From: Candidatus Woesearchaeota archaeon
GTDB lineage: Archaea > Nanobdellota > Nanobdellia > Pacearchaeales > GW2011-AR1
Assembly (NCBI GenBank): GCA_964601675.1
Contig: CAZROF010000003.1
Location: 1 to 46,450 of the forward strand
Direction: 5' to 3'
Length of the DNA stretch: 46,450 bases
Both the position numbers and the translations under genes were made by a program. Every line of letters starts with the position of its first letter. Position 1 is the first letter of the stretch. The notes beneath the pieces are model-generated. The model ran no database searches. It was given only the letters and a program-made list of their open reading frames with translations, and was not told the DNA's origin. This document shows positions 9,409 through 18,186 of the stretch, piece after piece.

Positions 9409-10836
9409 ATGAAATTAAATAATAAGGTTGGACTGATTACTTATCCAGATTCTTTAGGTTCGAATCTTAAAGATTTAAATTTTGTTTTGGATAATTATAT
9501 TAAGGATGCTATTGGTGGTATTCATATTCTTCCTTTTTATCCTTCTTCGGCAGATAGAGGATTTTGTCCTTTGACGCACCTAGAGGTAGATTCTAAATTT
9601 GGAGACTGGAAAGATATTAAGAAGATTTCTTCTAAATATGATTTAATGGTAGATTTAATGGCGAATCATCTTTCTTCAGAATCTAAGTATTTTAAAGATT
9701 ATTTAAAAAAATGTGACAAGTCAAAATATAAAGATTTGTTTTTGTCGGCTAATGATGTTTTTAAAAAATTTGATACTAATTCTAGATTGACTAAAAAGAT
9801 TTATCTACGTAGGCTCTCTGCTCCTTTTTCAGAATATAGATTTAATGATGGCTCGGTTAAGAAGTTGTGGACCACATTTAGTTCTAGGCAAATTGATGTA
9901 AATTGGAATTCGGATATAACAAAAAAGATTATGTATCAATCTTCTGAGAAACTTGCAAGATATGGCGCTAAGGTTATAAGATTAGATGCTGTCGGATATA
10001 TTGCAAAAAAAGAGGGGACAAGTTGTTTTCTTTTGCCAAAAAGTTATGATATAATTGAAGACATTAGAGATAGCTTAAAAAAATACGATGTAAAAATGTT
10101 GCCAGAAGTTCATAGTCATTATAATTTTCAGAAAAAGATTGCGAAAAGAGAAGATTATACATATGATTTTGCTTTGCCATTGATGGTTCTTTATACATTG
10201 TTTGGTTCTAGTTCAAGACGCTTAAAAAAATGGATTAAAATTAGGCCTAATAATTGTTTTACTACCTTAGATACTCATGATGGACTTGGGGTTGTGGATG
10301 TTGAGGGCTTGCTGACTAAAAGGGAGTTGAATATGACGCTTTCTATGATATACAAACACGGCGGGAATTCTACCGCTAAGGCTTCTGGAAAAAATTCGGA
10401 GAATGTAGATATTTATCAAGTTAATACTACTTATTATTCGGCCTTGGGAAAAAACGATAAGGCTTATTTGTGTGCTAGGGTTATTCAGTTCTTTTTACCT
10501 GGTATTCCTCAGGTATATTATGTTGGACTTTTTGTTGGAAAAAATGATGTTAAGCTTTTGAATGAAACTAGAAATGGGAGAGATGTTAATAGGCATTATT
10601 ATAATATAAAAGAGATAGAAAAGAATATGCAAAGACCCGTTGTTAAAAGGTTGTTTGAATTGATGAAGTTTAGAAATGCTCATCCGGCATTTAATGGTAA
10701 GTTTAGATTACATATGTCTAGAGATAGTGTTTTGAAATTATCTTGGAGGAAGGGGGATGCTTTTTGTAAGTTGAGAGTTAATTTGAAGGATTATTCTTTT
10801 GATATTGAGGATTCTTTGAAGCAGAATAAGATTTGA
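9409..10836 (+). CDS. gtfA: Sucrose phosphorylase-like GH13_18 enzyme
   Basis: LITYPDSLG, IHILPFYPSSADRGF, RLDAVGY (nucleophile), PEVH (acid/base), LDTHDG, DIYQVN loop. Confidence 0.88.
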   Translation: MKLNNKVGLITYPDSLGSNLKDLNFVLDNYIKDAIGGIHILPFYPSSADRGFCPLTHLEVDSKFGDWKDIKKISSKYDLMVDLMANHLSSESKYFKDYLKKCDKSKYKDLFLSANDVFKKFDTNSRLTKKIYLRRLSAPFSEYRFNDGSVKKLWTTFSSRQIDVNWNSDITKKIMYQSSEKLARYGAKVIRLDAVGYIAKKEGTSCFLLPKSYDIIEDIRDSLKKYDVKMLPEVHSHYNFQKKIAKREDYTYDFALPLMVLYTLFGSSSRRLKKWIKIRPNNCFTTLDTHDGLGVVDVEGLLTKRELNMTLSMIYKHGGNSTAKASGKNSENVDIYQVNTTYYSALGKNDKAYLCARVIQFFLPGIPQVYYVGLFVGKNDVKLLNETRNGRDVNRHYYNIKEIEKNMQRPVVKRLFELMKFRNAHPAFNGKFRLHMSRDSVLKLSWRKGDAFCKLRVNLKDYSFDIEDSLKQNKI

Positions 10837-10854
10837 GAGTTTTATTTTTATTAG
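10827..10854. repeat. 28-bp perfect direct repeat, copy 1
   Basis: TAAGATTTGAGAGTTTTATTTTTATTAG, identical to 12912-12939. Confidence 0.92.
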
Positions 10855-10990
10855 TGGGATATTTTCCTTTAGTGTAGGACGTGGTGGGGCTCGACTTGTG
10901 GGGTATAGATGTTTTGATTTTGTAAAGATCTAAAAATGATTTTGTTTTAAGTTCGAAGCTGGGCAATATCGGTTTTGAAGAAGTGCTTGT

Positions 10991-11266
10991 TTAGTTTAGT
11001 CCGAATGATTCTGTGAAGTCTATGATTAGGTTATATTGATTAAGATAATCTTTTCCTTTTTGAATTATAGAATATGTTTTACCTTTTTTCTTTTTATTTT
11101 CCTTGATGAATTTTTTAGATATTAGTTCTTTTAGATATTCGTTCATCATTTGATGTGAAAGGTTTGATTTATAGAGTATGTGTGTTGGTTTGATTTCCCC
11201 CTTTTTTTTGTCTATTGTGAAAAGGATGTCTCTAATTATTTCGAGTCGGTCTCTCTTTTTTGTCAT
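10991..11266 (-). CDS. Winged helix-turn-helix transcription regulator
   Basis: KRDRLEIIRDIL...PTHILYKSNLS...YSIIQKGKDYL archaeal wHTH pattern. Confidence 0.85.
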   Translation of the reverse strand: MTKKRDRLEIIRDILFTIDKKKGEIKPTHILYKSNLSHQMMNEYLKELISKKFIKENKKKKGKTYSIIQKGKDYLNQYNLIIDFTESFGLN

Positions 11267-11925
11267 TTTTTTAGGACTAGTATGAAATTTAATAAAATAA
11301 GAAGGTATGCGATTAATTCTAGGAAGTGTCCAATAACATAATAAGTTCCATGATTGACGGAAACTAGGAAGTGAATGTTTCCGAATAGAAGGAATATAAA
11401 TGCTATTAGGATGAGAAGGGTTTTGGTTTGTTTGTTTTTGAGATAGTTTTTGAGATAGTGGATTGCGATAAATATCAATAGGATTGATGCCATTGCATAG
11501 AATATGTAGAGTTTATTTTCTGCTAAGATGATTGATGTGAGAGGTAGTATTAGGAGCAGGGCATATATTGTTTTATTTTTTATTTTTAGTGTCATATATG
11601 TTAAAGTTATTAATCCTATTAGGAAGAAAAACATATGGGAGTATGCGCCGATTATATTTAATGATTCGATGCTGTTAAGTTTCATTATATTGCAGATGTT
11701 TCTATTGAGGGTTGATAGAATTGAGAAATTAAGGAAGGATTGAAGAAAATAGTGTAGGGATATAAATATGAATGAGATTCCGAAGAGTTTTACTGATTGT
11801 TGTTGAGAGAGTTTATATATTTTGAATGCGAAGAGTCCAACTGCTAGTGTTATAATTGCAAAAATTAGCTCGAAAATCATTGCGTAATCAAAAAACCAGG
11901 CTGGGGTTATTAATATGTTTGCCAT
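11263..11925 (-). CDS. ~7-TM membrane protein, possible sensor coupled to the wHTH
   Basis: Seven hydrophobic segments with several His residues; ATGA overlap with wHTH. Confidence 0.7.
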   Translation of the reverse strand: MANILITPAWFFDYAMIFELIFAIITLAVGLFAFKIYKLSQQQSVKLFGISFIFISLHYFLQSFLNFSILSTLNRNICNIMKLNSIESLNIIGAYSHMFFFLIGLITLTYMTLKIKNKTIYALLLILPLTSIILAENKLYIFYAMASILLIFIAIHYLKNYLKNKQTKTLLILIAFIFLLFGNIHFLVSVNHGTYYVIGHFLELIAYLLILLNFILVLKK

Positions 11926-12034
11926 TTTTAGATGTAGATATTTTGGGGAAGTGTTTTGGCTTTTTAAGTGTTATGAAAGGGGTTCTTGATTTCCGTTTAA
12001 TAATTGTTTAATAAGGAGATATTTTGAAAGTATT

Positions 12035-12121
12035 ATGAAATATGAAATTTTCGAAAGAAAGTTCAGGAAACCATTAATCAAATTTTATTGTTTCAAAAAA
12101 TTTGAAAGGAGGAGTTTATGA
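12035..12121 (+). other. Leader uORF (28 aa) overlapping the next start, with a TTTCAAA-AAA-TTTGAAA inverted repeat
   Basis: MKYEIFERKFRKPLIKFYCFKKFERRSL*; TGA overlaps ATG 12118; AGGAGG before the ATG. Confidence 0.5.
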
Positions 12122-12921
12122 GTAAAAAGAATTCGGGCTAGGAAGTGCAGGAAAAATTGTGATTGTGATTGGATTTTTTATGTTGATTCTGTTTACGTAT
12201 AATGGTTTTCAGCTTGTTGGTGTTACTGTCGATGGCGACATGATGTCGTTGGTTGGTGCTAGTGATATAATACCTACTGAAATTTCTACGATTTATGAAA
12301 GTGAGTTGGGGATTTATGATGATGTTTCGGCTGCGAATTCACAAAAGGCTGATGCTACTATTTTAGTTATGAAAAATATTAATATATCGTTGATTTTGAA
12401 AGGAGTTGATTTGGATAGATATGTTCGTATTTTGAATAAGATGGGTTTTAAGACGGTTATGATTACGGGGGATAATGAGGTTACGGCTAAGGCGATTGCT
12501 GGACAGGTTGGGATTGGAGAGGTTTTGAGTGGAGTTATGCCAGAGGATAAATTGAGGAGGGTTCGTGAGTTGCAGAGAAGGGGAATGAATGCTTTTGTCG
12601 GGGATGGTGTTAAGGATGCCCTGCTTTGAAGGAGGCTAATGTGGGAATAGCCATGGGGGCTGGAACTGATATTGCTATTGAGGCTGGAGATATTGTTTTA
12701 GTGAAGGGTAGTTTGATGGGTTTGTTGAAGCGATTAATTTGTCTAATGCAACTTTTAAGAAGATTAAACAAAATTTATTTTGGGCGTTTGCTTATAATGT
12801 TGTTGCTATTCCCTTGGCGATTGGCGGGGTGTTGAATCCTGTTTTTGCGGAGATTGCTATGGCTTTGTCTTCAATAACTGTAGTCACTAATGCTAATTTA
12901 TTACGCATGGTTAAGATTTGA
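12118..12921 (+). pseudogene. Decayed Cu(I)-type P1B ATPase (CopA C-terminal part) fused to an unrelated membrane-anchored gene remnant
   Basis: MITGDN, VGDGV(K)[22 protein letters not shown] and AMALSS spread over three frames; no DKTGT, CPC or TGE. Confidence 0.88.
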
Positions 12922-12939
12922 GAGTTTTATTTTTATTAG
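12912..12939. repeat. 28-bp perfect direct repeat, copy 2
   Basis: Identical to 10827-10854. Confidence 0.92.
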
Positions 12940-12985
12940 GAGAAAGTTTAAGAGTATTGTTGTTTTGGTTTTATTGAGGTGATGG

Positions 12986-15148
12986 ATGGCAAATACTGAG
13001 GATATTCTGGATAAATATGGCGCGAAAATTGAGCGTCAGATGAAAGGGTTTAATGAGCAGTCTGATAAAAAGTTTGGTAAAAGTTATGGAAAATTTAAAG
13101 CGGAAATGGTGCCAGAGTTTTCGCAATATGAAAGATGGTGTAAGTCTGTGGGCAATATATTTAAGATTAAAGTTGGGGATAAGGATAAGAAGCGGATTGA
13201 TAATGCGATTGATATTGCTCATTTAAATATAACTGCCAGTGAGGTTGTTGTTTTTTCTACTATGTTGTTATTTTCTACGTTATTTGGAGGGATTGCTTTT
13301 TTTGTTGCCTTGTGGCTGTTGACTGGTGTTTTTTCTATGATGTTTTTATTTCTTGTTTTTTTGTCGGCGATTTTTTTATTTTTTTATTCCTCAAAAACTC
13401 CAGAACGATTGGCTATGCGTTGGCGACTGAATGCTTCTGCTGAGATGGTGCCAGCTATTTTATATATTGTGATTTATATGAAGCATACAAGTAATTTTGA
13501 AAAGGCTGTTGAGTTTGCAAGTCAACATTTGAGAGCACCATTAAGTTTGGATTTTCGAAAAATCTTTTGGGATGTTGAGATTGGGAAGTTTTCTACTATT
13601 AAGGAGTCTGTGGATAATTATTTATTAAGGTGGAAGGATTATAGTTTGGAGTTTGTTGAGGCGTTTCATTTGATTGAGTCTAGTTTGTATGAACCGGATT
13701 TTGCTCGTAGAATTGCTACTTTAGAGAAGAGTTTGCAAGTTATTCTGGATGGGGTTTATGACAAAATGTTAAAATATACCCATGAAGCTAAGGCCCCTTT
13801 AACTAATGTTTATATGTTGGGAATCGTTTTGCCGACTCTGGCTTTGGCTATTTTACCATTGGCTTCGACTATGCTTGGAGGTGCTATACGGTGGTATCAT
13901 GTGCTGTTAATTTTTAATGTATTGGTGCCGTTCATGGTTTTGATTTTAACTGAGAAGGTTATGATGAAACGACCTGGTGGTTATGGAGAGAGTGGGTTGT
14001 TGTCTAAAAATCCATTGTATAGTAAATATATGAGTAATGCTGGGTATTGGAAAGGAGTGGTTTTGGCATTCCCATTTTTTATTTTGGGCTTGATTCCGTT
14101 TTTATGGCGTTATACCGCTATTCCTGTTTGGCTTGGGACAACTCGGGATTATGCTTGGTCTCAATTAGGATTGGGTTTTTTGGGAGGGGGGGGCGTGTTT
14201 GGTATTTTGACTGATAGCGCTGGTGGTTTGAGTGGCCCGTTTGGTTCGGGGGCATTGTTGCTTAGTTTGTTTATTCCCGCTTCTATTGCTATTGTTTTTG
14301 TCGTAGGAGCTAAAATTCGGACGGAAGAAATTTTGATTACTAGGAATAAATATAAAGAAGTGGAGAAGGAGTTTGTTTCTTCTTTATTCCAATTGGGAAA
14401 TCGTATTGGAGATGGGAGTCCAGCAGAAATTGCTTTTGTTAAAGTTGCTGAAAGTGTGAAGGGTACTGCTACTGAGGGGTTTTTTAGGATTGTAAATGAA
14501 AACATTGGTTCTCTTGGAATGAGTCTTGATAGGGCGCTTTTTGATCCTAAACGTGGTGCTGTTGTTTTTTATCCTTCGCAATTGGTTGCTACTTCTATGA
14601 AGGTTTTGACTGAGTCTGTGAAGAAGGGTTTACAAGTTGCGGCTCGAAGTTTAATGTCAATTAGTGATTATATTAAAAATATTAAAAAAATTGATGATAG
14701 GTTGAATGATTTGTTGGCAGATATTATTTCAGATATGAAATCTAATATGACTTTTTTGGCTCCTTTGTTGTCTGGTATTATTGTCGGTTTGTCTGGGATG
14801 ATTACTACTATTCTTGGAGCTTTGAGTGAAATGTTTGCTTCTGGGTCATTGAGTGGTGGTGCTATTGGGGCGACCGGAGGGATTGAAGGGATTTTATCTA
14901 TTTTTGATGTTTCGAAAATGATTCCGACTTATTGGTTACAGATTATTGTCGGTGTTTATTTGATTGAGGTTGTTTTTATTTTGACTTCTACTTTGGTTAC
15001 TATTAAGAGTGGACGTGACCCTGTTGCTGTGACCTCGGAGACTGGAAAGAACTTGAAGGTTTCTATGGTTTTGTATTTAGTTGTCGCGGCAGGGGCTATT
15101 ATTGGGTTGACTATTATTGGAGCCGTTGCACTCGCTGGGCTTACATAG
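12986..15148 (+). CDS. Type IV pilus membrane platform protein (TadB/TadC/FlaJ-like, two T2SS-F-like domains)
   Basis: 720 aa, two cytoplasmic helical domains each followed by TM bundles; GAGGTGA RBS; pilus context. Confidence 0.82.
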   Translation: MANTEDILDKYGAKIERQMKGFNEQSDKKFGKSYGKFKAEMVPEFSQYERWCKSVGNIFKIKVGDKDKKRIDNAIDIAHLNITASEVVVFSTMLLFSTLFGGIAFFVALWLLTGVFSMMFLFLVFLSAIFLFFYSSKTPERLAMRWRLNASAEMVPAILYIVIYMKHTSNFEKAVEFASQHLRAPLSLDFRKIFWDVEIGKFSTIKESVDNYLLRWKDYSLEFVEAFHLIESSLYEPDFARRIATLEKSLQVILDGVYDKMLKYTHEAKAPLTNVYMLGIVLPTLALAILPLASTMLGGAIRWYHVLLIFNVLVPFMVLILTEKVMMKRPGGYGESGLLSKNPLYSKYMSNAGYWKGVVLAFPFFILGLIPFLWRYTAIPVWLGTTRDYAWSQLGLGFLGGGGVFGILTDSAGGLSGPFGSGALLLSLFIPASIAIVFVVGAKIRTEEILITRNKYKEVEKEFVSSLFQLGNRIGDGSPAEIAFVKVAESVKGTATEGFFRIVNENIGSLGMSLDRALFDPKRGAVVFYPSQLVATSMKVLTESVKKGLQVAARSLMSISDYIKNIKKIDDRLNDLLADIISDMKSNMTFLAPLLSGIIVGLSGMITTILGALSEMFASGSLSGGAIGATGGIEGILSIFDVSKMIPTYWLQIIVGVYLIEVVFILTSTLVTIKSGRDPVAVTSETGKNLKVSMVLYLVVAAGAIIGLTIIGAVALAGLT

Positions 15149-15225
15149 ATAATGGATTAGTTGTGTGTCTATGTGTTATTTCAGATATGAGGAAGTTTTA
15201 TAAATAAAAGATTATTATATATTGT

Positions 15226-15399
15226 ATGAAGAGGATGAATAAATCTGGGCAGATGGATTTACTGAATGTTATTTTTGGGCTTATTGTGATTTGTGGCGGA
15301 GTTATAATTTCTCTTGATATGGTGAATTTGGGGAGTTTGGTTACAAGCGTGGGGTTGATGCTTGAATTAGTTAAATTAGTTATTCAGAAGGGTTTATAG
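15226..15399 (+). CDS. Small pilin-like protein, 57 aa (not in ORF track)
   Basis: MKRMNKSG/QMDLLNVIFGLIVICGGV class III signal peptide; TATA TTTATAAA upstream. Confidence 0.7.
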   Translation: MKRMNKSGQMDLLNVIFGLIVICGGVIISLDMVNLGSLVTSVGLMLELVKLVIQKGL

Positions 15400-15400
15400 G

Positions 15401-15544
15401 ATGATAGAATCATATTTGGTAATAGGTATTATGATTGTTGTTATAAATTTATTGCCGATTTTGTTTAAGAAGTATAAATTGTTGGTTATAACTGGGGCAA
15501 TATCTGTTTTGCTTTCTATGTTATTATTGACGGGGGTGGCATAG
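15401..15544 (+). CDS. Small 2-TM protein, 47 aa (not in ORF track)
   Basis: MIESYLVIGIMIVVINLLPILFKKYKLLVITGAISVLLSMLLLTGVA*; fills the gap between neighbours exactly. Confidence 0.65.
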   Translation: MIESYLVIGIMIVVINLLPILFKKYKLLVITGAISVLLSMLLLTGVA

Positions 15545-15904
15545 ATGGTTAATAAAAAAGGACAGCAGATGACGCTTGGGACTATTATTGCGATTGTTTT
15601 GGGAATTGCTGTTCTGGTTTTTTTGATTTTTGGGTTTGCTAGTGGTTGGAATAATTTATGGAGTAAGGTTACTGCATATGGTGGGGGGGGGTCTAATGTT
15701 GACACAATTACTCAGGCTTGTGCTTTAGCTTGTAGTGGTGGAGTTAATGCTTATTGTGTTCAAGAAAGGACGGTAAATTATAATAGTAGTTATTGGGAAA
15801 AGGGTTCCTGTAAGGCTCTTGAAAATGGGACGGTAAAGATTCCTGTATGTTCTATGGGTTGTCCAGCTGGAAATTATCCGCTTAAATCTACTCCAAAAGC
15901 TTAG
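15545..15904 (+). CDS. Type IV pilin with Cys-rich head
   Basis: NKKG/QQMTLGTIIAIVLGIAVLVFLIFG; 6 Cys. Confidence 0.88.
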   Translation: MVNKKGQQMTLGTIIAIVLGIAVLVFLIFGFASGWNNLWSKVTAYGGGGSNVDTITQACALACSGGVNAYCVQERTVNYNSSYWEKGSCKALENGTVKIPVCSMGCPAGNYPLKSTPKA

Positions 15905-15970
15905 TTAAATTATTTTAGGAATGTTTATTAATTTAGTTTTTGTTTATTTTTATAGGTGATATAAGATAAT

Positions 15971-16108
15971 ATGGAAATGGAGGAGATTGTGAAGATTTTG
16001 ATTTTTGTTATTGTATTGATTATTATGGTTGGGGTATTTATTATGTTTAGTACTAAGGGTGGAGGACTGATTGAAGGGATTAAGAATATTTTGAGGTTTG
16101 GGGGGTGA
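15971..16108 (+). CDS. Short pilin-like protein, 45 aa, no basic leader (not in ORF track)
   Basis: MEMEEIVKILIFVIVLIIMVGVFIMF...GIKNILRFGG*; GGTGA RBS; in-frame stop just upstream. Confidence 0.65.
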   Translation: MEMEEIVKILIFVIVLIIMVGVFIMFSTKGGGLIEGIKNILRFGG

Positions 16109-17472
16109 AAAAAAGTTTTCCCTTTTTTGTCGAAATGAAAGATTATGGACTACGGGGTTTAGGTAAAGTTGGGGCTGTTAATTGGACTATTGGTAAGTTG
16201 TTAAATATTATTTTATTGGTATTGCTGTTGGTATTGGTTATTTATGGGGTGACTACTCATGGATTGAATCCGTTGATTAAGAATTTGGGGCAGAAGTTTG
16301 ATGATGCCGTTTTTATGTTGAAAGATGTTTCGTCTAGATTTGGGCTGGGAAATAGTCCTTATAATAATTGTTATGTTGCGAGTGTTGCTGGGATAGATGG
16401 AGGGCCTAAATTTTTAAAAGAATTGGGATTGGATTCTAATTCTGATGTGGTTATAAATTATGGGTGTGATAATGTTTGTAATATTAGTGGAGCTGATTTG
16501 GGAGAATACAGAGTTAAAGAGGGAGCTTTTGAAAGATTTGAAAAAGGGGAATGGGTGGAGTATGATCTTTCACCTAAAGAGATGTTTAAAGTAAAGTTTC
16601 GTTGGGAATTATATAATGGTGCTACTAATATTTTGGACGAGGGTCCTGTGAGAGAGATTTATAATAAAATGGTTACGAAGAGTTTTGTTTTATATGGTGA
16701 TGGGGTTGGGATAGGAAAAGATGTTTTTGCTATTTGGAGGAATGGAGTATGGGTTGTTCGAGAAGGCAATAAGGTGATATATAATGGAATTAGTGACGAT
16801 TATGCTTTGAGTTTATTTAAAAGTAGGGTAGATACAATGTATGATGACCATGTTTTTTTTAAGGAGAGTGCGCCAGAAATTAGAGGCGTTGAGAGTATAG
16901 GGGAAAATGTCCCTACTAAAGAATATATTGAGAAGGCTAGAAGTGGTTTTAAAGTGGAAGGAGTATGGAGGCCAATTAATGAATTAGTTGGAGGAACTAA
17001 TATAGAGCTTGACGATTCTGGTGAGCTTGATAGACTTAAAAGGGAATTTTCTAATATTAAGAAAGAGATGATTAAAGAATCGGTTTTGAGTGATGAAGAT
17101 GTATCTAATCTTAAATCTTTTGTTGATGGTAAAAGTTTTAATATTGATGAAGACAAATTTATTTTGGGAATTGAATGGTCTAAGCTCGGTTATGTTATTA
17201 GTATTAGTTCTGGGTCTAAAGAGAAGAGGTATGGATTGAGATTTAATGCTTATGAAAAATTAGTTAATGAAGCTGTTCATTTAAGAAATTATCCTCTGTC
17301 TTTAGTTTCTTCTCACACTTCTCTTGTTGGTTCTGGATTAAGGAAAGGTAGTTATGTAACTAGTTGGGTGGATGAAGGTGATGAATTAAATTATAAGATG
17401 CCTGAAGATTATTTTAAAAAAGGATATAGAGGATATTTAGTTGGTCAGTTTCTTAAATCAAAATGCAAATGA
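16105..17472 (+). CDS. Large pilin-like protein, possible adhesin
   Basis: GKVG/AVNWTIGKLLNIILLVLLLVLVIYG followed by a ~400-aa soluble domain. Confidence 0.75.
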   Translation: MKKSFPFFVEMKDYGLRGLGKVGAVNWTIGKLLNIILLVLLLVLVIYGVTTHGLNPLIKNLGQKFDDAVFMLKDVSSRFGLGNSPYNNCYVASVAGIDGGPKFLKELGLDSNSDVVINYGCDNVCNISGADLGEYRVKEGAFERFEKGEWVEYDLSPKEMFKVKFRWELYNGATNILDEGPVREIYNKMVTKSFVLYGDGVGIGKDVFAIWRNGVWVVREGNKVIYNGISDDYALSLFKSRVDTMYDDHVFFKESAPEIRGVESIGENVPTKEYIEKARSGFKVEGVWRPINELVGGTNIELDDSGELDRLKREFSNIKKEMIKESVLSDEDVSNLKSFVDGKSFNIDEDKFILGIEWSKLGYVISISSGSKEKRYGLRFNAYEKLVNEAVHLRNYPLSLVSSHTSLVGSGLRKGSYVTSWVDEGDELNYKMPEDYFKKGYRGYLVGQFLKSKCK

Positions 17473-17993
17473 ATAATAAAAAAGGGGATTTGTTAACTAA
17501 TGCTTCTTTTGAGGTGATTATTGGGGTTAGTGTAGTAATTTTAATTGTTGTTTTGGTTACGAAGCTTTTTGCTCCAGTTTATAGTGAGGCAGATAAGATT
17601 GCGGAGTCTTATTTTGAGCAGTTAAAAGAGAATATTGCTTTGGCTGATAATTCTAAGTCAGCTAGTTTTTACATATTAGACAATGGAGATGATGACTTAG
17701 ATTTTTATTTGGTTTATTTTGGGAATGCTTTGCAGCTTTCTTATGGTGAGGGTGTTTTATATAAGACTCTTGGTGTTGGAAGTAGAGATTTTTCTAGTTC
17801 TAAAAAATCAGGGAATAATATCATTTGTGTTTGTTATTGGCAGGATGAAAGAACTTTATGTAAGTATTGTGCTAATTTGGATTTACCTGTGATTAGGGGC
17901 ATGAAGGGTTTGGGTGGTTCTTGGATTATTAATGAAAGTAATAACATAGTTATAATTAAAAGTGGGGGAAAATATGTTTTTTCTATTAGATAA
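17463..17993 (+). CDS. Minor pilin
   Basis: NKKG/DLL + hydrophobic helix; CVC and CxxC. Confidence 0.8.
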   Translation: MQMNNKKGDLLTNASFEVIIGVSVVILIVVLVTKLFAPVYSEADKIAESYFEQLKENIALADNSKSASFYILDNGDDDLDFYLVYFGNALQLSYGEGVLYKTLGVGSRDFSSSKKSGNNIICVCYWQDERTLCKYCANLDLPVIRGMKGLGGSWIINESNNIVIIKSGGKYVFSIR

Positions 17994-18156
17994 AAGTAAT
18001 ATTAAAAATATTTCATTTGTTAATTTTGTGAACAAGGTGAATAAAAGAGGGCAGGCTCTTGCAGCGGATGAGGATTTGAAATGGATTATTTATATTGCGG
18101 TTTTGGCTGCGGCTATTTTTGGGGTTTGGCATATTGCTTCGAAGGTTTTTGGTTAG
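17962..18156 (+). CDS. Very short pilin (start uncertain)
   Basis: NKRG/QALAADEDLKWIIYIAVLAAAIFG. Confidence 0.7.
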   Translation: MGENMFFLLDKSNIKNISFVNFVNKVNKRGQALAADEDLKWIIYIAVLAAAIFGVWHIASKVFG

Positions 18157-18186
18157 GTTTATTAAGTTTATTTGGCTGGAGAGGTC

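Noticed and set aside
9409-9420. ATGAAATTAAAT at the phosphorylase start, matching the MKLN element
   Set aside because: It is the enzyme's own N-terminus; the hairpin and 3' block are absent
10860-10930. SRAPP (arrest-peptide-like) in a minus-strand frame near the copper module
   Set aside because: No start codon after the preceding stop in that frame; probably chance
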